A stretch of DNA of 64,000 nucleotides from Akkermansia muciniphila (GTDB lineage Bacteria; Verrucomicrobiota; Verrucomicrobiia; Limisphaerales; SXTU01): positions 5,407 to 69,406 of the forward strand of contig CAMCFN010000004.1 in NCBI GenBank assembly GCA_945874145.1, in the 5' to 3' direction. This document shows, one piece after another, positions 28,651 through 38,485 of this stretch; position 1 is the first letter of the stretch; the number at the start of each line of letters is the position of its first letter. The notes under the pieces were generated by a model. It ran no database searches and was not told the origin of the DNA. It worked only from the letters and a program-made list of their open reading frames with translations. Made by a program: the position numbers and the translations under genes.

Positions 28651-31469
28651 ACTCACTCAAAGCCAGCCCAACCTTCCGCCAAGGTCCAGCGGCCATCTGG
28701 CCGCGCCTGTTCGCTGTGCTCTGCTTGGTTGGAGCAACGGGGCTTCACGCTGCGGAAAACACTTGGTGGTCGTATCAGCCCGTGGTCCGCCCCGCCTTGC
28801 CACCGGTGAAAAGTTCCACCTGGGTCCGCAACGACCTCGACCGCTTCATTCTCGCCAAATTGGAGGCGAAGGGGCTCCAACCCTCACCCGAGGCCGACCC
28901 GCGCACTTTGATTCGCCGCCTCTATTTCGACCTCCTCGGCCTGCCCCCTACGCCTGAGGAAGTTGAAGCGTTCGTGCGCGAGTGTTCCCCAATCGGCAAT
29001 CGGCAATCGGCAATCGCCAATCTCATTGACCGTCTCCTCGCCAGCCCGCACTACGGCGAACGCTGGGCGCGTCACTGGCTCGACATCGCCCACTACGCCG
29101 ACACCCACGGCTTCGAGCGCGACCAGCTTCGCCCCAACGCCTGGCGCTACCGCGACTACGTCATCGCCTCGCTCAACGCCGACAAGCCTTACGACCAATT
29201 CCTTCGCGAGCAAATCGCTGGCGACGTCCTCCCCCCAGCCCCCAAGCGTCAGACCCCAGACGCCATCGCCCTCGGCTTCCTCGCCGCCGGCCCGTGGGAT
29301 TTCGTCGGTCAGGTCGAGACCAAGAGCGACGTGCTCAAGCGCGCCGCCCGCGCGGACGACCTCGACGACATGGTCACGCAAGTCCTCACCGCCTCGATGG
29401 GCGTGACCATCAATTGCGCCCGCTGCCACGACCATAAGCTCGACCCCATTTCGCAGCGCGAATACTACGGCCTCTGGGCGGTCTTCGCCGGCGTGAAGCG
29501 CGGCGACCGCGAGCTGGACCCCGCCGCCACCGCGCGTCGCGAGACCGAGCGCAAGCAGCTCCAGACGCGTCTCCGCGAAGTCTCCGCCGAGTTGGGCCGC
29601 CTCACCGGCGAGGGCCTCGACCTCGCGGACATGGTCGGCGGCGGCAATGGTCGCGGCACGGGCACCAAGGGCGCGGGCCTCGACCTCCGCACCGGCAACG
29701 TGGTGAAGGACAAGCTCGGCTACCACCGCGACATCCAGCTCAACCTCCTGCAAAAGCCCGAGTGGCCGGACGCGAACACGCCGAAGTTCGTCCAGTGGGT
29801 TTTTGTGCCGGACGGCAAGTCGCCCGTGCCCGTCGCGCCGCAAGTCACCGTCAGCCACCTGCCGCCCACGTCTGGCCACGCGTGGGACGCGATTCGTAAT
29901 GGCGCGCTGAACGCCCTAGTCTCCACCAAACTCGACGGCGTGGACTTCGCGGTGGCTGGCCACTCGCTCCTTGGCCTGCATGCCAACGCCGGCATCACCT
30001 TCAACCTCGCTGAGATTCGCAAGGCCAGCGGCTTCGCGAAACTCCGCTTCACCGCACAGGTCGGCTTCGGCGCAGGACCGACTGCCGCTGCGACTCGCGC
30101 GGACTTCTCCGTTTTCGCCGGCAAGGAGCTGCTCTTCCAGAAGCTCAAACTCCGCAAAGACGAGTCCGCCCGCGTGGACGTGGCACTCCCGGACGCCGCC
30201 GAGACGCTCACGCTCGTCGCGACCGACGGCGGGGACGGCATCGGCAACGACCTGCTCTTCCTCGGCGACGCGAAGCTCTCGCTGACCGTGGAGGCGCAGA
30301 GCCTCGCCGCCGCTGACCGCGCGCGTCTGGAGACGTTGCGCGCGGAGGAGAAGCAGTTGAACACCGCCCTGGCCGCGAAGGCCGACGGCGACAAAGTCTA
30401 TGCCATCACCAGCACCGAGCCGCCCGTGGTAAAAGTCCTCCGCCGTGGCAACCCCGAGGACGCGCAGGAGGAAGTCGCGCCCGGTGTCCTCAGTTGCGTG
30501 AAGCACGCCGCCGCCGATTTCGCGCGCGCCAAGACCGAGGGCGAGCGCCGCCTCGCATTGGCCGAGTGGATTACGCATCCCGCAAACCCGCTCACCCGCC
30601 GCGTGCTCGTGAACCGCCTGTGGCACCACCACTTCGGCGTCGGTCTCGTGGACACGCCCAGCGACTTCGGCAAAGGCGGCGGCGCACCGTCGCACCCGGA
30701 GTTACTCGATTGGCTGGCGGAGGAATTCCTCGCGCGCGGCTGGTCGCTGAAGGCGATGCACCGGGTGATTTGCACGTCAGCGGCGTATCGGCAGAGTTCA
30801 GCGTTCAGTAATCAGTATTCAGTAAGCAGTGGGGGAAGCGCCAGTGTGCCGCGGAGCACCGGTCCCCCACTGAACACTGAACACTGGAAACTGAACACTG
30901 CCGCCGCCCAACACCTCGACGCCTCGAACCGCCTCCTCTGGCGTCAAAACCCCCGCCGCCTCGACGCCGAGTCCACGCGTGACGCCGTGCTTGCCGTCAG
31001 CGGCAAGCTGAACCTCACCGCCGGCGGCCCCGGCTACCGCGACTTCAAATACACCGAGGCCTACGCGCCCATCTACGACTACGTCACCGCCGACACGCCG
31101 GAGCTGTGGCGGCGCAGCATCTACCGCTTCGTCGTGCGCACCACGCCGCACACGTTCATGACCACGCTCGACTGTCCGAACCCCGCGAACCTCACGCCCG
31201 CCCGCACCGCCACCACCACCGCGCTGCAAGCCCTCGCGCTCTCGAACAACGAGTTCATCCTCCAGCAAGCCCGCCATTTCGCCGCCCGCGTGGAGCGCGA
31301 GGCGGGCGCGGACGCCGCCGCCCAAATAAACCGTGCCTTCCACCTCGCGTTCCCCCGTCCGCCCGGCTTGGCGGAACTGGCCGCCGCGCGTGACCTTGTC
31401 CGCACCGACGGCGTCTTTTCCCTGTGCCGCATGCTGCTCAACGCCAACGAATTTGTGTATGTGGATTGA
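28647..31469 (+). CDS. DUF1549/DUF1553 (PSD1-type) protein with NPCBM-like central module
   Basis: GTG start in a GTGA overlap with the upstream gene. [65 protein letters not shown]. The central segment ...[22 protein letters not shown] resembles NPCBM-type carbohydrate-binding modules. Confidence 0.85.
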   Translation: MNSLKASPTFRQGPAAIWPRLFAVLCLVGATGLHAAENTWWSYQPVVRPALPPVKSSTWVRNDLDRFILAKLEAKGLQPSPEADPRTLIRRLYFDLLGLPPTPEEVEAFVRECSPIGNRQSAIANLIDRLLASPHYGERWARHWLDIAHYADTHGFERDQLRPNAWRYRDYVIASLNADKPYDQFLREQIAGDVLPPAPKRQTPDAIALGFLAAGPWDFVGQVETKSDVLKRAARADDLDDMVTQVLTASMGVTINCARCHDHKLDPISQREYYGLWAVFAGVKRGDRELDPAATARRETERKQLQTRLREVSAELGRLTGEGLDLADMVGGGNGRGTGTKGAGLDLRTGNVVKDKLGYHRDIQLNLLQKPEWPDANTPKFVQWVFVPDGKSPVPVAPQVTVSHLPPTSGHAWDAIRNGALNALVSTKLDGVDFAVAGHSLLGLHANAGITFNLAEIRKASGFAKLRFTAQVGFGAGPTAAATRADFSVFAGKELLFQKLKLRKDESARVDVALPDAAETLTLVATDGGDGIGNDLLFLGDAKLSLTVEAQSLAAADRARLETLRAEEKQLNTALAAKADGDKVYAITSTEPPVVKVLRRGNPEDAQEEVAPGVLSCVKHAAADFARAKTEGERRLALAEWITHPANPLTRRVLVNRLWHHHFGVGLVDTPSDFGKGGGAPSHPELLDWLAEEFLARGWSLKAMHRVICTSAAYRQSSAFSNQYSVSSGGSASVPRSTGPPLNTEHWKLNTAAAQHLDASNRLLWRQNPRRLDAESTRDAVLAVSGKLNLTAGGPGYRDFKYTEAYAPIYDYVTADTPELWRRSIYRFVVRTTPHTFMTTLDCPNPANLTPARTATTTALQALALSNNEFILQQARHFAARVEREAGADAAAQINRAFHLAFPRPPGLAELAAARDLVRTDGVFSLCRMLLNANEFVYVD
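28991..29022 (+). repeat. in-frame heptanucleotide tandem array (AATCGGC)x3 + AATCGCC + AATC inside the CDS
   Basis: Read directly: aatcggc aatcggc aatcggc aatcgcc aatc. Encodes [10 protein letters not shown] just before the [11 protein letters not shown] block. Confidence 0.7.
30797..30900 (+). repeat. in-frame palindromic element: five TTCAGTN heptamers, 36-nt core, five NACTGAA heptamers
   Basis: Left array at 30797-30831 and right array at 30868-30900. Perfect 10-bp stem CAGTGGGGGA/TCCCCCACTG plus 19/27 further pairs. AT-rich relative to the gene. Amounts to 87 extra nt compared with the paralog at 56804-56825. Confidence 0.75.
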
Positions 31470-31484
31470 GCCAGGCTCCTACTC

Positions 31485-32888
31485 ATGAAACCACTTTTGA
31501 ACCTCGCCTTCGCGGTGCTGCTGCTGGCCGCTTCCCCCGCCCTGACTGCCGCGCAGCCCAACCTCATCCTCTTCCTCGCCGATGACCTTGGCTACGGCGA
31601 TCTCGCATGCTTCGGCCACCCCATCATCAAGACGCCGAACCTCGACGCGTTCGCGAAGCAGGGCGTGCGGCTGACGCAGTGTTACTCGGCGAGCGCGGTG
31701 TGCAGTCCGTCGCGCTCGGCGCTGCTCACGGGGCGCACGCCGCATCGGAACGGCGTTTACACCTGGATTGCCGAGGGCGCGCCGGTGCATCTGCGCACGA
31801 GCGAAATCACGTTGCCCAAACTGCTCAAGAGCGCGGGCTACGCGACCTGTCACAGCGGCAAGTGGCACTTGAACGGCCTGTTCAACAACCCCGCCCAGCC
31901 GCAGCCCGGCGACCACGGTTACGACTGGTGGATGGCCACGCAGAACAACGCCGGGCCGTCGCACGAGAACCCGAGCAACTTCGTCCGCAATGGCCAGGCG
32001 GTCGGGCGGCTTGAAGGCTACTCCGCACCGCTCGTCGTCAGCGAAGCCGTGACGTGGCTGAAGGAAAAGCGCGACCCCGCGAAGCCGTTCTTCCTCGCGG
32101 TGTGGACGCACGAGCCGCACTACCCGATTAAGTCTGACCCGAAGTTCAAGGCGCTCTACCCCGACCTCGCCGACGACGTGCAGCGTGAGCATCACGCGAA
32201 CGTCACCCAGATGGACTTCGCCTTCGGCCAGCTCATGAAGGCGCTCGACGAGCAGAAGCTCGCGGACAGCACGTTCGTGTTCTTCACGTCGGACAACGGC
32301 CCGGAAGGCGATGGCATCAAGTCGCCGGGGCGCGGCTCCAGCGGCGGCTTGCGCGACCGCAAACGCTCGATGCACGAGGGCGGCATCCGCGTGCCGGGGA
32401 TCGCGCGCTGGCCCGGCAAAATCCCCGCCGGCATGACGAGCGAAGTGCCCGTCATCGGCAGCGATGTGTTCCCCACGATGCTCGGCATCGCCGGCGTTAA
32501 ACCGCCCACCGACCGCGTGCTCGACGGCGTGGATGTGTTGCCCGTGGTCACCGGCAAAGCGACGAAGGTGGAGCGTCCGCAGCCGCTCTTCTGGCGCTTG
32601 CACATGGCCCCGAACGCCAAAATCGCGATGCGTGTGGACGACTGGAAGATTCTCGCCAATGCCGAACTGACCGAGTTCGAGCTCTACAATCTCAAGACCG
32701 ACCCGAAGGAAGCCACCGACCTCAAGTCCGCCGAGCCGCAACGCTTCGCCGCGTTGCGCGAACAACTCGTGAAGCACAACGCCGCCGTGGATGCCGACGG
32801 GCCGGACTGGTGGAAAACTCTCAGCCCGAACGGCGGCAAAGCGAAGTCCGACGAGCCGCCCGCGAAGAAGAAGGGGAAGAAGAATTAG
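31485..32888 (+). CDS. Cys-type sulfatase
   Basis: NLILFLADDLGYGDL. Signature VCSPSRSALLTGRT. Signal peptide present. Confidence 0.9.
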   Translation: MKPLLNLAFAVLLLAASPALTAAQPNLILFLADDLGYGDLACFGHPIIKTPNLDAFAKQGVRLTQCYSASAVCSPSRSALLTGRTPHRNGVYTWIAEGAPVHLRTSEITLPKLLKSAGYATCHSGKWHLNGLFNNPAQPQPGDHGYDWWMATQNNAGPSHENPSNFVRNGQAVGRLEGYSAPLVVSEAVTWLKEKRDPAKPFFLAVWTHEPHYPIKSDPKFKALYPDLADDVQREHHANVTQMDFAFGQLMKALDEQKLADSTFVFFTSDNGPEGDGIKSPGRGSSGGLRDRKRSMHEGGIRVPGIARWPGKIPAGMTSEVPVIGSDVFPTMLGIAGVKPPTDRVLDGVDVLPVVTGKATKVERPQPLFWRLHMAPNAKIAMRVDDWKILANAELTEFELYNLKTDPKEATDLKSAEPQRFAALREQLVKHNAAVDADGPDWWKTLSPNGGKAKSDEPPAKKKGKKN

Positions 32889-32900
32889 CATCACAACAGG

Positions 32901-35372
32901 GTGAAAAACTATCTGGTCCTTCTGGCCGCCTTGCTGACGGCAACCTCAACCGCCCTGCGCGCCGCCGACTTGGTGCTGGTGGACAAGGCAGTTGCCCGGG
33001 CGGAAATCGTGGTCGCGGAGACGCGCCCGCGCATGGTCTCGCTGGCGGCACTCGAACTGCGGCACTTCGTCCACAAGATGAGCGGCGCGCGCTTGCCCAT
33101 CGTCACCCAACCCACGGCGGCGGTGCCGATGAAGATTCACATCGGGCGGAGCGCGGAGACGGACCGGCTGGGCGTCACGAGCGACGGGCTGCGCGATGGC
33201 GCGTATCGCATCGCCTCGGGGCCGGACTGGCTGGTGCTCATCGGGGAGGACCGGGACTTCAGCCCCGGCAAGATGCCGTGGCCGGTGAAGCGCAACGACG
33301 CGCCGCGCGCCGAGGCGGAGTGGACCAAGGCGACAGCGGGGAAGACCGACACGGTCTGGGGCTTTCCGTTCGCCGCCGGGTTCAAGGCGTTCTGGAATCC
33401 CGCTGATTTCACCACGCAGATGTCCACGCGCTATGGGGCGGACTTTCCCGCGCTCTGGTCGGCTGGCGCGACAGGGAGAGCCGGATTCTGGAACCACGAC
33501 ACCGGCGGCTCGCTCAACGCCACCTACGCCCTGCTGCGGCATCTGGGCGTGCGCTGGTTCATGCCCGGCGAACTCGGCGAAGTGGCGCCGAAGCAAACCA
33601 GTCTCGTGGTGCGGTCGCTCAAAGAGACCGTGGTGCCTGACTTTCCGGTGCGCGACTGGGGCTGGTATAACTTCAGCGGCTTCGACTACGAGGACATCAT
33701 CTGGGCGCGGCGGCTGGGCATGAACTCCTGTTACGAGCGGCTCGGCCCGGCCAAAGGCCCGCACGGCATGGTGCCAGTGATGTCCGAGCCGGCCATGAAG
33801 GCGAAGCACCCGGAATACTACGCGCTTATCGGCGGCCAGCGCGACACGGGGCATCGCGATGGCGGCACGCCGTGCTTCACTTCCACCGGGCTGGAGGGGG
33901 AGACCGTCCGCTATCTTCGCTTCCTCTTCGACAGTTACGACCTCCCCAGCGCGGACATCTGGCCCGTGGACGGGCTGCGGACTTGTCAGTGCGAGCAGTG
34001 CGCGGGCAAGTCCGCATCGGAACTGGTCTGGGGCTTCGCCGACCGCGTGGCGCAGCAGATTTACCAAAGCCATCCGGCCAAGCGCGTCACTTGCGGCGCT
34101 TACACGAGCTACGTCGAGCCGCCGAACAACATCGCAAAGTTCAGCCCAAATTTGGGCGTGTGGATTTCCAACTGTGGCCGGCCCAAGATGACGGACCCGG
34201 AGCACTGGTCGGACTACCTGACGCGCATCCAGCGGTGGCAGGCGAAAATCGCGCCAGGCAACATCCTCCGCCTTGAAAACAACCGCTATCATATCTGGGG
34301 CGAGGGCGAACCCATCGCGTATCCCGTGCTGCATCCGCGCGGTGCTGCGCGCGACTTGAAAATGCTCAAGGGGCTTTCCCTCGGTGACACCGGCGAGCAA
34401 AGCCAGGTCGGCGGCAAATGGCGCGTCCCCGCGCTGGAGCACATCACGCTCTATGTCCAGTCGCGCTTCCTCTGGGATTCGGCCCAAGACGTGGACGCGG
34501 TGCTCGACGAGTATTGCCGCCTGTTCTACGGCCCCGCTGCGAAGCAGATGCTTGAGGCCATCACCTACGCGGAGCAGAACCTCGCTTTCAAAGACCAAAG
34601 CCGCCGCGGACGCGGCAACCCGGCCAGCGTTTCCCTCGCCGTCAGCCTCCGACTCCGCGAGTTGTTGGCAGCAGCGCGCAGCGTCGCCGGTGACAGCGTT
34701 TACGGCCGGAGAGTTCAGGCCGTCCTCGCCGAACTTCAGCCCAAGGAGCAGCTCATCGCCAAGCGCCGCGAGCAGGACGAAGCTCTCGCGCAGGCGCGCG
34801 CCAAGGCGCCGGTGGCGAAGGGGGTCCAAGGCGCGGACTTTGCGCAGGCGGTCGTCTACTCGTTGAAGGACAACCGGACGCCCGCGAAGCCCGCCGCGCA
34901 AACCACCTTCCGCGTCGCTTGGGAGAAGGACGCCATCCTCTTCGACATCGTCTGCCAGGAGTCGGACATCAAGAGCCTGCGTGTCAGCAGCGACGTTTAC
35001 AGCGGTGACAACGTGGTCATCTCGCTCGAAACCCCGCTGCATTCCTACTACCACCTCGAAATCAGCCCGGTGGGCATCGTCGCCGAGGGCAATCCGGGGC
35101 CAAACTGGAAAGCCTTGGCCGACGTGAAAGTCGAGCGCGGCCTCGACTCCTGGCGCGTGCGCGTGCGCATCCCGGTGGTCGGCGAAGCCGAGGCGCAATC
35201 TGACCCGCGTCACCGGGTCGCCGGCCAGAAGCCAACGACGCAGGCACCGTGGTATTTCAACGTGGGACGCCAGCGTGTGCTCGACCTCAAGAAGGCCGAG
35301 TTGCAGGCGTTCTCCCCGACGAAAGCCGGTTGGCACCTGCCGGAGAAGTTCGGGAAGCTGGTGATTGATTAG
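32901..35372 (+). CDS. DUF4838-like glycoside-hydrolase-associated protein with C-terminal CBM9-like domain
   Basis: GTG start 12 nt after the sulfatase stop, with a signal peptide. The N-terminal pattern LVLVDKAVARAEIVV...AALELRHFVHKMSGARLPIV is typical of DUF4838 proteins. C-terminal TFRVAWEKDAILFDIVC...ISLETPLHSYYHLEISP is CBM9-like. The family call is from memory only. Confidence 0.6.
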   Translation: MKNYLVLLAALLTATSTALRAADLVLVDKAVARAEIVVAETRPRMVSLAALELRHFVHKMSGARLPIVTQPTAAVPMKIHIGRSAETDRLGVTSDGLRDGAYRIASGPDWLVLIGEDRDFSPGKMPWPVKRNDAPRAEAEWTKATAGKTDTVWGFPFAAGFKAFWNPADFTTQMSTRYGADFPALWSAGATGRAGFWNHDTGGSLNATYALLRHLGVRWFMPGELGEVAPKQTSLVVRSLKETVVPDFPVRDWGWYNFSGFDYEDIIWARRLGMNSCYERLGPAKGPHGMVPVMSEPAMKAKHPEYYALIGGQRDTGHRDGGTPCFTSTGLEGETVRYLRFLFDSYDLPSADIWPVDGLRTCQCEQCAGKSASELVWGFADRVAQQIYQSHPAKRVTCGAYTSYVEPPNNIAKFSPNLGVWISNCGRPKMTDPEHWSDYLTRIQRWQAKIAPGNILRLENNRYHIWGEGEPIAYPVLHPRGAARDLKMLKGLSLGDTGEQSQVGGKWRVPALEHITLYVQSRFLWDSAQDVDAVLDEYCRLFYGPAAKQMLEAITYAEQNLAFKDQSRRGRGNPASVSLAVSLRLRELLAAARSVAGDSVYGRRVQAVLAELQPKEQLIAKRREQDEALAQARAKAPVAKGVQGADFAQAVVYSLKDNRTPAKPAAQTTFRVAWEKDAILFDIVCQESDIKSLRVSSDVYSGDNVVISLETPLHSYYHLEISPVGIVAEGNPGPNWKALADVKVERGLDSWRVRVRIPVVGEAEAQSDPRHRVAGQKPTTQAPWYFNVGRQRVLDLKKAELQAFSPTKAGWHLPEKFGKLVID

Positions 35373-35474
35373 GTCGCAACGCATTCCAATGAATATAGCT
35401 TTCGCGTTAATTCCGCCGACCACGGCTGCAACAGCGGACCACGGGTTTGGCATTTTGGTATGCGTCAACAATTC

Positions 35475-36998
35475 ATGAAAAAACTCCTGCTCACTCTGTT
35501 GGTCGCTGGCTCCTTTGCCACCGCATTCGCTGCCGCGCCTGCCCAGCCCAACATCGTCATCATGCTCGTGGATGACATGGGCGTGATGGACACCTCGGTG
35601 CCGTTTCTTACGGACGAGGCGGGCAAGCCGAAGCGGTATCCGCTCAACGATTACTACCGCACGCCAAGTATGGAGCGGCTCGCAGCCCGTGGCATTCGCT
35701 TCAACAACTTCTACGCCATGAGCGTGTGCTCGCCCACGCGCATCTCCATCATGACCGGCCAGAACGCGGCGCGGCATCGCACGACGAACTGGATCAACCC
35801 CGACAACAACAACGCCGGCCCAAGCGGCCCGTCGCAGTGGAACTGGCGTGGCCTGAAGCAGGGCGACGTGACGTTGCCCCGCCTCCTGCAGGCGAACGGC
35901 TACCGCACCATCCACGTCGGCAAGGGTCACTTTGGCCCGCGCGACTCCGACGGCGCAGACCCGCGCAACTTGGGCTTCGACATCAATGCCGGCGGAGCGT
36001 CTATCGGCGCGCCAGCAAGCTACTACGGCACGCAGGATTTCGGTCTCAAGACGAAGAATGCAAAAGCCGGCGTGCGCGGCCTGGAGAAGTATCACGGTCA
36101 GGAAATCTTCCTCACCGAGGCGCTCACACTCGAAGCCAACACGCACGTCGCCGACGCGGTGAAGGCCGACAAACCATTCTTCCTCTACTTCGCGCAATAC
36201 GCCGTCCACGCACCGTTCAACTCCGACTCACGCTTCGCCGCGCACTACGCAAACTCCGGGAAACCCGCGAACGCGCAGGCCTTCGCCACGCTCATCGAGG
36301 GCATGGACAAGTCGCTTGGCGATGTGCTGAACCAGCTCGAAAAGTTAGGCGTCGCGGAGAACACGCTGTTTGTCTTCCTCGGTGACAACGGCTCCGACGC
36401 GCCGCTTGGGCACCAGCACGAGGTTGCCTGTGCCGCGCCGTTGCGCGGGAAGAAAGGCTCGCACTACGAAGGCGGCGTGCGCGTGCCGTTCATCGCCGCG
36501 TGGGCCAAGCCGGATGCGAACAACGCCTTCCAGAAACGCCTGCCCATCGCCGCCGGATCCATCCAGAGCCAGCAGGCCGCCGTCTATGACATGTTCCCCA
36601 CCCTCCTCGCGCTCACCGGCAAGCCCGCTCCGGCGAACCACGTCGTTGACGGTGCGCGCCTCGACACGCTGCTCACCGGCAAGCGCGATGCGAGCCGCGA
36701 AGAATCGTTCCTCATGCACTACCCCCACTCGCCGCACCGCACCGACTACTTCACCACCTACCGCAACGGCGATTGGAAAGTCATCTACCACTACTTCCCG
36801 GGCGAGGTGTCCGAGAGCTCCCACTACCAGCTCTTCAACCTAAAGGCCGACCCGTTCGAGCAGAAGAACCTCGCCACGACTGAACCGACCCAGCTCAAGC
36901 GATTGATGCAGGGCCTCGCCGCTGGCTTGGAGAAACAAGCCGCCGTGTATCCGGTGGACAAGGGGACGAAGCTCGCGCTGAAGCCGAAGTTGCCATGA
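35475..36998 (+). CDS. Cys-type sulfatase
   Basis: Signal peptide MKKLLLTLLVAGSFATAFA. NIVIMLVDDMG. Signature VCSPTRISIMTGQN. An alternative ATG lies at 35460. Confidence 0.9.
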   Translation: MKKLLLTLLVAGSFATAFAAAPAQPNIVIMLVDDMGVMDTSVPFLTDEAGKPKRYPLNDYYRTPSMERLAARGIRFNNFYAMSVCSPTRISIMTGQNAARHRTTNWINPDNNNAGPSGPSQWNWRGLKQGDVTLPRLLQANGYRTIHVGKGHFGPRDSDGADPRNLGFDINAGGASIGAPASYYGTQDFGLKTKNAKAGVRGLEKYHGQEIFLTEALTLEANTHVADAVKADKPFFLYFAQYAVHAPFNSDSRFAAHYANSGKPANAQAFATLIEGMDKSLGDVLNQLEKLGVAENTLFVFLGDNGSDAPLGHQHEVACAAPLRGKKGSHYEGGVRVPFIAAWAKPDANNAFQKRLPIAAGSIQSQQAAVYDMFPTLLALTGKPAPANHVVDGARLDTLLTGKRDASREESFLMHYPHSPHRTDYFTTYRNGDWKVIYHYFPGEVSESSHYQLFNLKADPFEQKNLATTEPTQLKRLMQGLAAGLEKQAAVYPVDKGTKLALKPKLP

Positions 36999-38485
36999 AC
37001 TCACCCTCCGCCTGCAATCTCCGCCAGCACTCCGCCTCCCGCCGGGACTTCCTCTGGCAACTCGGCGGCGGCCTCGGCGGCGTGGCGTTGACCGCGTTGC
37101 TTGCGGAGCAGGCTGCATGCGCCGCCGCCCAGACGCCAGACCCCATCCCCCATCCCCAAAACCCGCTCGCTCCCAAGCCCGCGCCACACCCCGCCCGCGC
37201 TCGCGCCGTCATCCAAATCTTCTGCCCCGGCGGCCTGAGCCATGTGGACTCGTGGGATTGGAAGCCGGAGCTGGCGAAGCGCACGGGCAAGCCGTTTGAC
37301 CCCACGGGCACGGTGCAATTCTTCGCGTCCAAGCCCGGCAACTGCCAAGGCAGCTATTGGCCGTTCCGCCAGCACGGGCAGTGCGGACGCTGGATGAGCG
37401 ACTTGTTCCCGCAGTTTGCCGCGTGCGTGGACGACGTCGCGTTCATCCACTCCATGCAGAGCAAGTCCGCGCTGCACGGTCCGGCGATGTTCATGGCCAA
37501 CAGCGGCTTCATCCTGCCCGGCTTTCCGAGCATGGGCGCGTGGGTCACCTACGGCCTCGGCAGCGAGAGCGAGAACCTCCCCGCGTTCGTCGTGCTGCCC
37601 GACCCGCGCGGCCTGCCGCCCGGCGGCGTCATCAACTGGGGTGCGGGCTTCCTCCCCGCCGTGCATCAAGGCACGCCGCTCAACACCGACCCCGAGCTCC
37701 CGCCCATCGCGGACCTGTTTCCGCCGAAGAACTTCGCCGGCATCACGCCGCAGGGCGAAGTGGCCGGGCGCAACTTTCTCCAAACCCTGAACCGTCAGCA
37801 CGCCGCAGCGCGCGCGGGCAACACGGAACTCGACGCCCGCATCGCCGCCTACGAGCTGGCCGCGCGGATGCAACTCAGCGCACCCGAAGTCACCGACCTG
37901 CGCGGCGAGAGCGACGCGACGAAGCAGCTCTACACCCTCGCCGATGAGGACATCGGGCCGTTCGGTCGCCAATGCCTGCTGGCGCGGCGGCTGGTCGAGC
38001 GCGGCGTGCGCTTCGTGCAGATTTTCTGCGGCGCGGAAAACACGGGCGCGAAGAAAATCCGTCCGAACTGGGACAGCCACGAAGACCTCGTCCGCGACCA
38101 CGGCTACTGGGGCCGCGTGCTGGACACCGGCGCGGCGGCGTTGCTTACGGACCTCAAGGCGCGCGGCCTGCTCGACTCGACGCTCGTCATTTGCACGTCG
38201 GAGTTCGGTCGCCAGCCCGGCGCGCAGGGCAAGGGCCGCGACCACAACGCCGGCGCGTTCACCGCGTGGCTTGCGGGCGGCGGCATCAAGGGCGGCACGG
38301 CTTACGGCACGACGGATGAACTCGGTTCCAAGGCCGAGGAGCACCCCGCATACAGCTACGACCTCCACGCCACCGCGTTGCACCAGCTCGGCGTGGACCA
38401 CGAGCGCCTGAGCTTTTACCACAACGGCGTCCAACGCCGCCTCACCGACGTGCATGGGCATGTCGTTCGGGAGATTTTGGCGTGA
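36995..38485 (+). CDS. DUF1501 family protein with twin-arginine leader
   Basis: ATGA overlap with the sulfatase stop. SRRDFLWQLGGGLGGVALTALLA. SEFGRQPGAQGKGRDHN. Confidence 0.85.
   Translation: MNSPSACNLRQHSASRRDFLWQLGGGLGGVALTALLAEQAACAAAQTPDPIPHPQNPLAPKPAPHPARARAVIQIFCPGGLSHVDSWDWKPELAKRTGKPFDPTGTVQFFASKPGNCQGSYWPFRQHGQCGRWMSDLFPQFAACVDDVAFIHSMQSKSALHGPAMFMANSGFILPGFPSMGAWVTYGLGSESENLPAFVVLPDPRGLPPGGVINWGAGFLPAVHQGTPLNTDPELPPIADLFPPKNFAGITPQGEVAGRNFLQTLNRQHAAARAGNTELDARIAAYELAARMQLSAPEVTDLRGESDATKQLYTLADEDIGPFGRQCLLARRLVERGVRFVQIFCGAENTGAKKIRPNWDSHEDLVRDHGYWGRVLDTGAAALLTDLKARGLLDSTLVICTSEFGRQPGAQGKGRDHNAGAFTAWLAGGGIKGGTAYGTTDELGSKAEEHPAYSYDLHATALHQLGVDHERLSFYHNGVQRRLTDVHGHVVREILA

Noticed and set aside
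30797-30900. CRISPR array check on the repeat-rich tracts (also 28991-29022, 39089-39225, 16307-16514)
   Set aside because: The units are 7 nt, or single inverted pairs, with no regularly spaced 25-40-nt direct repeats separated by unique spacers. No cas genes are present. These are not CRISPR.
32946-36209. 1087-aa minus-strand ORF
   Set aside because: It is antisense to the DUF4838-like and sulfatase genes, with the same compositional signature and no recognisable domain. The same reasoning rejects 440..2335, 22891..24393, 25902..27296, 28884..29879, 31479..32894, 37001..38596, 38964..40484 and 47671..49092 (all minus), and 9403..10557, 12582..13856 and 44297..46303 (all plus).
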